Origin: Bacteroidales bacterium
GTDB taxonomy: Bacteria; Bacteroidota; Bacteroidia; Bacteroidales; UBA12077
DNA: 64,000 bases
Reading direction: 5' to 3'
NCBI GenBank assembly: GCA_028282585.1
Contig: JANQHR010000126.1
Location: forward strand, 32,001 to 96,000
The notes under the pieces are model-generated. The model did no database searches and was not told the origin of the DNA. It worked only from the letters and a program-made list of their open reading frames with translations. Position numbers and translations under genes: made by a program. Of the stretch, positions 20,034 through 28,445 are shown piece by piece (the stretch's first letter is position 1; each line of letters starts with the position of its first letter).

Positions 20034-20059
20034 TTATATGACACTTATGGAAGATTATA

Positions 20060-20088
20060 AAATTTGCATTAAATTTGATTTAAATTTG
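20060..20088 (+). repeat. Three AAATTTG direct repeats at 11-bp period upstream of the precursor
   Basis: Copies at 20060, 20071, 20082; two form TAAATTTG -7 boxes. Confidence 0.55.
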
Positions 20089-20099
20089 AAAAAAGTGAG

Positions 20100-20258
20100 A
20101 TGATGAAAGAAAAGAATGTAAATAAGGAAACTAGTCAACCATGCAATAAACTTGAATGGGAAGCTCCAAGATTATATTGTTTAGATAAAGGAAAAACAGA
20201 AGGGGGAACCTTTAGCGGATATGCTGAAGGTGTAACATATAATGGTACAGCATCGTAA
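20100..20258 (+). CDS. Lasso peptide precursor, 52 aa (not in the ORF track)
   Basis: Hand translation: MMKEKNVNKETSQPCNKLEWEAPRLYCLDKGKTE|GGTFSGYAEGVTYNGTAS*; WxxPxL, Thr(-2), Gly1, Glu9, C-terminal Ser. Confidence 0.92.
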   Translation: MMKEKNVNKETSQPCNKLEWEAPRLYCLDKGKTEGGTFSGYAEGVTYNGTAS

Positions 20259-20270
20259 ATTTGTTTTATA

Positions 20271-23200
20271 ATGAGAAAAGTTTTATATTTCTTAGGCATC
20301 ATTCTTATTCCATTAAATTGTTTTAGTCAGGCATGGATTGTGTCTCAGCATCTAAAAAGTGATAATGATTTAAGAATCTTAGATATTAAAAAAGATGCTG
20401 GTAATAATGTTTATGTTACTGGTATTTTTAAAGGCACATATAATGGTAATACTTCTGAAGGTCTTTTTGATATATTTCTGGCAAAGTTTAATAGTGATTT
20501 AAATAAAGAGTGGATTCAAACGGTAGGAAGTTCATCTGTTGAATTCGACCCTAGGATTACTTTAGATGCAGCAAATAATATTTTTTTAACGGGCGCTTTT
20601 AGAGACAGCTGTGTTTTTGATGAAAATATATATTTAAAAAGTGACGGTAACTACGATATTTTTCTCGCAAAGTATTCGAATGTAGGAAATATTATATGGG
20701 CAAAAAATATTGCTAATTATCCAACGCAGCAAAATCCGACTGATATAGATGTTGATGGTAACAACGATCTAATAATAACAGGTCACTTTTCAGACTCTAC
20801 GTATCTTATAAATCAAAAAATAGTTAGTTCAGGAAGGAATAGTTTTTTTGCAAAAATTGATACCAGTGGAACTAAAATTTGGGTTAATTATGTGCCAGGA
20901 AATAATATATCTTCAAGAATTAATAATATTAAAGTGTACCAAGATGAATATTATTTTAATGGGTACTTTAGAGATGAGATGTACTTTGATATTGAAACAA
21001 TTACTAGCAATATACCAGGTCAACAGGATCTTTTTATTTATAAAACAGACATAAATGGCAATGGATTATGGATAAGAAGAACTTATGGTGATAATTTAGA
21101 TGCTACTGGTTCTATTGCTGGAGATAATTATGGTAATGTTTACTTTACAGGGTACTTTCAAAGCTCAACATTAGCGGTAGATTCAACTGATATTAGTTTA
21201 TCTAGTCAGATTTTAACCAATAATAATGATTTTGATATTTTCATATTAAAGTACAATAAAAATGGTAACCTACAGTGGAATAAACAATTTGGACTAAATG
21301 GTCGTGATTACGGTGTTGATGTGAATGTCAATAATGATATTTTATACATGTCAGGTTATTTTAGCGATACTATAGCTTTTGGTGAATATTCACTTGAATC
21401 GACAGGAACAGGGGATAGAGATATGTTTATAACTGTTATGGATCTAAATGCGAAGACTTTTAATTCCATATCTCTGGGAGGGATTGATGGCAATGACCTT
21501 GCTGCTGGCGCTTTGGTTTTAGAAGACGGAGATGCAATCATTAGTGGTTATTTTCAATCATCCAGTATTTCTGTTGGAGATAGCTTATTCATGAATGCTT
21601 CACCTGGTTTTAGGGATGGAATAGTTGCAGAATATAGGCCACCATTATCTGCAGTTTTTTCAAACGTTGAAAATATTGCCTGTAATTCAGATAATGATGG
21701 AGAGCTTACAATAACTGCTGAGTTTGGACAAAAGCCTTATACGTATTCCTGGAGTCATGATGGAGGTTTAACCGATTCTACTGCAATAGGGCTTTCTGCT
21801 GCAACTTATACAGTTACAGTTACAGATGCTGTTGACTCAACGGCGGTGGTAAGTTACGATTTAACTGAACCGGATGAAATTACGTTTAATCCATTGGTTA
21901 CCCAGGTAAGTCAATGCAGTTACTCAAAAGAAGGAGTTATTGATTTAAATGCAGCAGGAGGAAATGGAGGATATACATATCAATGGCAGGCGAGCGAAGG
22001 AGGAGATGGTATTGTGTTAAGCGCAGAAGACCAATCAGGTTTAGCTATTGGTAGATACGATGTAACAATAACTGACACAGAATTATGTACAAATGATACT
22101 ATAACTTACATTACCGGACCGGCACCAATTACGTTTGGAGGTTCTGTTGTAACTGATTCTTCGGGGATAGGTCCCGGAGCTATTGATTTATCATATACTG
22201 GTGGATCTGGAAGTCCTGCTTCTTTTACATTTGATTGGATTGGCCCATCAGGTCCTCCAGCTACTCATTCTGAAGATACTTCCAACTTGAGTCCTGGAAA
22301 TTATAGTGTTACTGTTACAGATGTTCATCTTTGTGAGTTTGATACAACCTTTAATGTTGCAAATTTGGATACATTTTATATATTTATTTCAGACCAAAAA
22401 GATGCTTGTTTAGGAACTATTAATGGTAATGCAACGGTTAGCTTTTCTTCACCTAAAGGACATACGTTAATTAACTATTTATGGGATGTAAATGCAGGAA
22501 GCCAAACAACGGCAAAAGCAACTAATTTAGCTCCCGGGAGATATTATAAAGTTACTGTTACTGATACTGAGAATACGCCGAATACAACTTTAGTTGATAG
22601 TGTATATATAGATGAGTTAATATATAATTTGGCAGGTTCATTGTCAGGTACAACAACACTGGATTGTTACGGTGATACGGATGGTTATATTGATTTAACC
22701 ATAACCATAGCTGGAGAGTTGCCCTATACTTATAATTGGAGTACAGGTTCAAACTTACAGGATATTACCGATCTTGGAATAGGAAATTATAGTGTTACAG
22801 TTACTGATGATAATGAGTGTACTTTTTCAATTACAAACTATGCTATAAACCAGCCGGAACTTTTAACAGCTTCTGCTGAAATTATAAACGAACCTTCTTG
22901 TAACGGGGATTTTGATGGTGAAGTAACTGTTGATAGAAACGGAGGGACAGCACCTTACACGTACCAATGGGATGACCCCGGATTTCAAGATACCCGCAAT
23001 GCAGATGGATTAGATGCTGGCTATTACACTGTAACTGTTACGGATGTAAATAATTGTATGACATTATCTGGAATTAATTTAACCGAACCAGATGTAGTTT
23101 CAATTAGTAAAGTAATAAGTGATGAGATATGTAATTCAGCAGGAGAAGGAGCAGTTACATTAACAACAACGGGAGGTACGGATCCTTTTGGCTATTCTTG

Positions 23201-24584
23201 GACTACAACTGATGGTTCAGGATTAATATCTTCTAATAAAAATCAGACCGGGCTTACAGCAGGGAAATATTATTTTACAGCAACCGATAATAATGGTTGT
23301 GCTTTTATGGATAGTGCTGAGATAACGGAACCTGAATTACTTCAAATTACCAATGAATCCAAAACAGATGTGAATACCTGTAATGGTGATAACACTGGTA
23401 CCATAACAATCGCAGCATCAGGAGGTACAGGTATTTTAACTTATACATTAAATCCTGGAAATATTCAAACAAATAATACAGGGGCATTTACAAGTCTTGG
23501 TGCTGGTAATTATACAGTAAATGTTGAAGATGAAAATGCATGTGCAGTAGCTTCAAGTTCTCTGAGTATAGCAGAACCGGCTTTATTAATAATTACTAGG
23601 AATGATGTAAATGATGCAACTTGTTATGGAATTAATAATGGGAATATTGACATTAATGTGTCCGGAGGAACAATTTCATCAGGATATACTTTTAATTGGA
23701 CAACTTCGGATGGTTCTGGACTAGTTGCAGGTTCAGAAGATCAGCCAAGTTTAGGAAATGGGACCTATGATTTAACTGTAACTGATGATAATTTATGTTC
23801 GGATAATACAAGCTTTGTGTTAACAGAACCTGAAGCTATTATAGTTAATAAAACAGTGTATGAGCCATCATGCAATGATGATAATGATGGAACTGTAATA
23901 GTTACACATTCTGGAGGAACTTTACCTTTTTCGTATTTTTGGACAACAACAGATGGAAGTGGCTTAGATCCGGTTTATCGAAACCAAGGTGGATTAAGCC
24001 CGGGAACGTATTATTTAGAAATTACAGATGCTTTAGATTGTATAATTAACGAAGCTGTTACAATTACAGCGCCATCTATAATTACTATAGATTCTCAGAG
24101 CTCTACTGATGCAACCGATTTTAATACTGCTGACGGAACAATTTCAGTAACTGCATCCGGAGGTACAAGTACATTGACTTATGTATTAAGACCAGACGAT
24201 ATTTCGAACCAAACCGGTACTTTCAATTCATTATTACCTGGTGAATATGTAATAGAAGTTGATGATATTTATTTTTGTGGACCAATAACAACAGATACTA
24301 TTACTATTGGAGCAATTAATTCAGTTAATTTAATTTTTGCAGGAGATTTTATTAAAGTGTTTCCTAATCCAACATCAAGTAAAGTATTCGTGGAAATAGA
24401 TATGAATGCTACCTTTAAATTAGAACTCGCTAGTATGTCTGGACAAATCTTATATCAGGATGAAATAATCACAAATGGATTTATGAAAGAAGAGATTGAT
24501 CTTTCCTCATTTACAAAAGGGATTTATTTGCTGAGAATATATAATAATGAATATTACTTAACAGATAAGCTTATATTGCAGTGA
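20271..24584 (+). CDS. T9SS-secreted protein: N-terminal beta-propeller, SprB-like repeats, type A sorting domain
   Basis: Signal peptide; repeated D.xGNVYxTGxF/DIFLAK blades; GGTxPYTYxW...GL..G.Y.VTVTD repeats; VFPNP...GIYLLRI...KLIL C-terminal domain. Confidence 0.88.
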   Translation: MRKVLYFLGIILIPLNCFSQAWIVSQHLKSDNDLRILDIKKDAGNNVYVTGIFKGTYNGNTSEGLFDIFLAKFNSDLNKEWIQTVGSSSVEFDPRITLDAANNIFLTGAFRDSCVFDENIYLKSDGNYDIFLAKYSNVGNIIWAKNIANYPTQQNPTDIDVDGNNDLIITGHFSDSTYLINQKIVSSGRNSFFAKIDTSGTKIWVNYVPGNNISSRINNIKVYQDEYYFNGYFRDEMYFDIETITSNIPGQQDLFIYKTDINGNGLWIRRTYGDNLDATGSIAGDNYGNVYFTGYFQSSTLAVDSTDISLSSQILTNNNDFDIFILKYNKNGNLQWNKQFGLNGRDYGVDVNVNNDILYMSGYFSDTIAFGEYSLESTGTGDRDMFITVMDLNAKTFNSISLGGIDGNDLAAGALVLEDGDAIISGYFQSSSISVGDSLFMNASPGFRDGIVAEYRPPLSAVFSNVENIACNSDNDGELTITAEFGQKPYTYSWSHDGGLTDSTAIGLSAATYTVTVTDAVDSTAVVSYDLTEPDEITFNPLVTQVSQCSYSKEGVIDLNAAGGNGGYTYQWQASEGGDGIVLSAEDQSGLAIGRYDVTITDTELCTNDTITYITGPAPITFGGSVVTDSSGIGPGAIDLSYTGGSGSPASFTFDWIGPSGPPATHSEDTSNLSPGNYSVTVTDVHLCEFDTTFNVANLDTFYIFISDQKDACLGTINGNATVSFSSPKGHTLINYLWDVNAGSQTTAKATNLAPGRYYKVTVTDTENTPNTTLVDSVYIDELIYNLAGSLSGTTTLDCYGDTDGYIDLTITIAGELPYTYNWSTGSNLQDITDLGIGNYSVTVTDDNECTFSITNYAINQPELLTASAEIINEPSCNGDFDGEVTVDRNGGTAPYTYQWDDPGFQDTRNADGLDAGYYTVTVTDVNNCMTLSGINLTEPDVVSISKVISDEICNSAGEGAVTLTTTGGTDPFGYSWTTTDGSGLISSNKNQTGLTAGKYYFTATDNNGCAFMDSAEITEPELLQITNESKTDVNTCNGDNTGTITIAASGGTGILTYTLNPGNIQTNNTGAFTSLGAGNYTVNVEDENACAVASSSLSIAEPALLIITRNDVNDATCYGINNGNIDINVSGGTISSGYTFNWTTSDGSGLVAGSEDQPSLGNGTYDLTVTDDNLCSDNTSFVLTEPEAIIVNKTVYEPSCNDDNDGTVIVTHSGGTLPFSYFWTTTDGSGLDPVYRNQGGLSPGTYYLEITDALDCIINEAVTITAPSIITIDSQSSTDATDFNTADGTISVTASGGTSTLTYVLRPDDISNQTGTFNSLLPGEYVIEVDDIYFCGPITTDTITIGAINSVNLIFAGDFIKVFPNPTSSKVFVEIDMNATFKLELASMSGQILYQDEIITNGFMKEEIDLSSFTKGIYLLRIYNNEYYLTDKLILQ

Positions 24585-24600
24585 TAAAATAACATATTTG

Positions 24601-24631
24601 AAAAAAGCTCTCACCATGAGAGCTTTTTTTT
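24601..24631 (+). terminator. Intrinsic terminator after the T9SS gene
   Basis: aaaaaagctctca-cca-tgagagctttttt. Confidence 0.85.
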
Positions 24632-24691
24632 ATTGTAATTTGTAGTCCAACTCTTAGATGATTATCTTTGTTTTCTTTAAAACTTAAAATT

Positions 24692-25966
24692 ATGAATATA
24701 CTTTTACTTGGTACAGGGGGGCGCGAACACGCGTTAGCATGGAAAATTGATCAAAGTAATAAAGTTAAGAATCTATACATAGCGCCAGGTAATGCTGGGA
24801 CTTCTGATATTGGTGAGAACATAAACATTAGTTTGTCAGATTTTGAAGCAGTAAAGAAAGTAGTTATTGATAAGGAAGTAGATTTAGTAGTGGTAGGTCC
24901 AGAACAACCATTGGTTGATGGGATTGTTGATTTCTTCGCTTTAGATTCGGATATAAAAAATATCCCGATTATTGGACCGTCAAAGTTAGGTGCTAAGTTG
25001 GAGGGTAGCAAAGATTTTGCTAAAGCATTTATGCAAAAATACCAAATACCTACGGCAAGGTATCAATCTTTTAATAAAAAAACTATCGTTGATGGAAAGA
25101 GATTCCTTGAAACTTTGTCGGCCCCTTATGTATTGAAAGCAGATGGTCTGGCTGCAGGCAAGGGAGTGTTAATTTTAGATGACTTAGAACAAGCTCAAAC
25201 CTCACTGGAAAATATGCTTAATGGTCAGTTTGGAGAAGCAAGCAAAACAGTAGTTATTGAGGAATTTTTAAAAGGTATAGAACTTTCCGTATTTATTGTT
25301 ACAGATGGAAAATCGTATAAATTATTACCGGAAGCAAAAGATTATAAGCGAATAGGAGAAGGTGATACCGGATTAAATACAGGTGGAATGGGCGCTGTAT
25401 CTCCTGTTCCATTTGCAGATAAGGAGTTTTTATCAAAAGTTGAAGAAAGAGTAATTAAACCTACTATTGACGGTTTAATAAAAGAAAATATAAAATACAA
25501 AGGATTTATATTTTTTGGCCTAATGAATGTTAAAGGAGATCCATATGTAATTGAATACAATGTGCGTATGGGAGATCCGGAAACAGAAGTTGTCATACCA
25601 CGTATAAAATCTGATTTAGTTGACTTGTTTGTACATACAGCTAATAGTACACTGGAAAATGCGGAATTAATTATTGATGAAAATTTTTGCACGACGGTAA
25701 TGTTAGTATCTGAAGGATATCCTGAAAAATATGAAAAAGGCAAAAAAATAACTAACCTGGAAAAAGTAAAGGAATCCATCATATTTCACGCGGGAACTAT
25801 TAATAAAGATGATCATGTTTATACAAATGGAGGGAGAGTTATAGCAATTTCTTCGTATGGTGAAAATATGGATGCTGCATTGCTAAAGTCATATAGGAAT
25901 ATTGACGCTATTAAATTTGAAGGAAAAAATTACAGAAAAGATATTGGATTTGATCTAAAAGAATAA
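24692..25966 (+). CDS. purD: Phosphoribosylamine-glycine ligase
   Basis: GTGGREHAL, LEGSKDFAK, KADGLAAGKGV, NTGGMG, GDPE; TATCTTTG box at 24663-24670. Confidence 0.97.
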   Translation: MNILLLGTGGREHALAWKIDQSNKVKNLYIAPGNAGTSDIGENINISLSDFEAVKKVVIDKEVDLVVVGPEQPLVDGIVDFFALDSDIKNIPIIGPSKLGAKLEGSKDFAKAFMQKYQIPTARYQSFNKKTIVDGKRFLETLSAPYVLKADGLAAGKGVLILDDLEQAQTSLENMLNGQFGEASKTVVIEEFLKGIELSVFIVTDGKSYKLLPEAKDYKRIGEGDTGLNTGGMGAVSPVPFADKEFLSKVEERVIKPTIDGLIKENIKYKGFIFFGLMNVKGDPYVIEYNVRMGDPETEVVIPRIKSDLVDLFVHTANSTLENAELIIDENFCTTVMLVSEGYPEKYEKGKKITNLEKVKESIIFHAGTINKDDHVYTNGGRVIAISSYGENMDAALLKSYRNIDAIKFEGKNYRKDIGFDLKE

Positions 25967-25968
25967 CT

Positions 25969-26982
25969 ATGTTGGTAAATACACTTAAAAGCAATCAACC
26001 ATATGTTATAGTATTAATAATTTTTGTAAGTGCAGCATTATGGTTATTTTCATTTGTTAATCCGATCGGAATTAGTATTTCAACAGATACTTTTTATTCA
26101 CCATTTTATAGTTTAATTGTTAAGATCATTGAGTATAAAACATCTTTTTCTGTGTTTTTAACATTGTTAATTGTTGTATTGCAAGCTTTTTTGCTTGTTT
26201 TTTTTAATAAAACATATATTTTAATTAATTACAGGACTTATTTACCTGCTTTTTTTTATATTATAATTGCCAGTAGTTTTGTTCAATTACAGAGAATAAA
26301 CCCAGTAATCTTAGGTGCAATTTTTATATTTATTTCTATAAATAACTTATTTAGCATATATAGATCGGATTATACTTTAAACAAGCTTTATTTAGCAGGT
26401 TTTTTTATAGCAATTGCATCTCTATTTTGGACTCCATTTATCTTTTTTGTTATATTAATCTGGATTTCACTTCTCGTTTTAAGACCATTTATTGGAAGAG
26501 AATGGTTGGTAGGTTTATTAGGATTTTTGACTCCCTACCTATTCGTATTCGTATATTATTTTGTTTTTACATCAGGAGATCAAATAGAAATGCTAATAGC
26601 CTCTTTACAACAAAGCTTAAAAATTAATATAAACCTTAATTTTCTTCATTTTTCTTACTACATATTATATGGATTTCTTTTTCTTTTATTAATACTTGCT
26701 AGTTATACTATAATAGCCAATTTTCAGAAAAAAAAGATAAGAAACAGAAAATATTTTGAAATTAACTGGTGGATTTTTTTTATTAGTTTTGGGTTATTGG
26801 TATTTTTTGAGTCTGTTGGTTATGAGATTATATATGTATTATGTATTCCTTTATCCTTTTTACTTACTGATTACTTTTATACAATAAGAAAATCTTGGTT
26901 CTTAAATTTATTATTAGTTGTATTTTACTTATCAATTATATATATACAAATAACAGCTCATCAATTTGATGAGCTGTTATAA
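25969..26982 (+). CDS. Polytopic membrane protein (DUF6427-like)
   Basis: Many hydrophobic helices; 2 nt after purD. Confidence 0.6.
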   Translation: MLVNTLKSNQPYVIVLIIFVSAALWLFSFVNPIGISISTDTFYSPFYSLIVKIIEYKTSFSVFLTLLIVVLQAFLLVFFNKTYILINYRTYLPAFFYIIIASSFVQLQRINPVILGAIFIFISINNLFSIYRSDYTLNKLYLAGFFIAIASLFWTPFIFFVILIWISLLVLRPFIGREWLVGLLGFLTPYLFVFVYYFVFTSGDQIEMLIASLQQSLKININLNFLHFSYYILYGFLFLLLILASYTIIANFQKKKIRNRKYFEINWWIFFISFGLLVFFESVGYEIIYVLCIPLSFLLTDYFYTIRKSWFLNLLLVVFYLSIIYIQITAHQFDELL

Positions 26983-26997
26983 TTTTATATTTAAAAA

Positions 26998-27450
26998 TTA
27001 AAATCTTTCAACAAAGGAAAGTAATGCAATTGCTAAACCTTGTTCTCCTTCCTTAAAGTTAACCCAAATATGGTAAACTCCTGTTTGTGTACATTTAAAA
27101 TCAACGCTAGGATAGCTTTTACCTGTAGCTACAATATATGTTGTTCCTAATAAACGGTTATTATCATAAATTTGCAGAATTGCTTCTCCAGCAAAATCCT
27201 TGGAATTACAAATCGAGAAACGGTATTTAGTATTTTTACTAAGCACAACCGAATGTCTGGCAACAGGGGGCTCTTCACCTGGTTTTGCTGCTTCAAGTTT
27301 AATTTGGAAATCTTTGAGATACGTAGCATCTTCACCTGCTACCATATTACATATATCTACTAACTCTTGACCAGATTGAGCTAATAACTTATTACTATTT
27401 CCTAATATTAAAATTGCAAATAGGGTAAAAATTATATATACGTTTCTCAT
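26998..27450 (-). CDS. Hypothetical secreted protein
   Basis: Signal peptide ending LLAQ; beta-rich, 3 Cys. Confidence 0.7.
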   Translation of the reverse strand: MRNVYIIFTLFAILILGNSNKLLAQSGQELVDICNMVAGEDATYLKDFQIKLEAAKPGEEPPVARHSVVLSKNTKYRFSICNSKDFAGEAILQIYDNNRLLGTTYIVATGKSYPSVDFKCTQTGVYHIWVNFKEGEQGLAIALLSFVERF

Positions 27451-27452
27451 AT

Positions 27453-28364
27453 TTACAACTGTATTACATTATTACGAACTTCAACAGTTTTTTCTATAAT
27501 CTTAAATAATGTTTCATTCGAGATTTCAATATACTGTTTGTCGTTTTGTTTAATAACCAACATCCCATCTTCTTCAACTGCCTCTGGTTCTCCCTTTTCG
27601 TAAGTTATTGTAACTTCTTTGTAAAGTTCTTGTATTTCTGCTAACTGATCAATTAGTTCTTTAAATTTTGGATCTCGTTCATAGTTTTTAAGTAATAACA
27701 TCAAATTACTTAAAATGATTTTTTGTTCTCCGATCTTTTCCGAAAGTTCAGCATTTGGTGATTCCTTAATAACTTCGCTTAACAAATACATACTTTCAAT
27801 CCAAACTCCGGCTACAATTAGTGAACTTAAATTACTTCGGTTATTTTCTCTTAAATAACGATCCATTTGATTAAAATTTTGCACAGAAATGTACATCAAC
27901 GAATCAAGATTTTGATTATTTGTAGCTAATCTTTTGAGTGTTGTGAAGTCAAAGAACTGTCCAACTCGTATTTCATCTGCAAGAGTTTTAATAGCGGATA
28001 TATAGTCAATTACTCCTCCAGTTTTATTATACATATTTTGATAACCTAAATCAGCGCCAAATATACCTAAACTAAGAGCTTGTTTAAAGCTTGTATTATA
28101 GCTGTCAACATAATCGGTAGTTGCGAGATAATCTTTAGAATAAGGTACTCCGACTGCTTTAATTAATGCGGCAATTTCAACCGGAGATGAAATATTTTGT
28201 ACAATTTCATCAATCGCCTGTTCTGAAATTTCTAAATCACCTTCATATATCACAGAATCAGGAACTTCAAATTCTTTTGAGAAGTCTGTATCCTTTGATT
28301 TATCAGAACGACAAGCTGCAAAAATTAATAAAGGTAATAATATGTATATCAATCTTTTGCTCAT
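27453..28364 (-). CDS. Hypothetical helical lipoprotein
   Basis: Start at 28364 gives MSKRLIYILLPLLIFAAC lipobox. Confidence 0.75.
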   Translation of the reverse strand: MSKRLIYILLPLLIFAACRSDKSKDTDFSKEFEVPDSVIYEGDLEISEQAIDEIVQNISSPVEIAALIKAVGVPYSKDYLATTDYVDSYNTSFKQALSLGIFGADLGYQNMYNKTGGVIDYISAIKTLADEIRVGQFFDFTTLKRLATNNQNLDSLMYISVQNFNQMDRYLRENNRSNLSSLIVAGVWIESMYLLSEVIKESPNAELSEKIGEQKIILSNLMLLLKNYERDPKFKELIDQLAEIQELYKEVTITYEKGEPEAVEEDGMLVIKQNDKQYIEISNETLFKIIEKTVEVRNNVIQL

Positions 28365-28445
28365 AGTCAATTGTGTTGATTTCCAATTATATTGCAAATT
28401 TAACATATCACATAAAGATATAAAAATATTCAATATCACGAAATA

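Noticed and set aside
20047-20103. 18-aa ORF MEDYKICIKFDLNLKKVR whose stop overlaps the precursor ATG, as a second precursor
   Set aside because: No YxxP/WxxP, Thr(-2) or Gly-initiated core; it overlaps the putative promoter repeats and is likely chance.
21640-24310. Repeated sequence units as a CRISPR array or DNA tandem repeat
   Set aside because: They are degenerate in-frame protein repeats (SprB-like, e.g. WTTxDGSGL three times), with no identical repeat-spacer structure and no cas genes.
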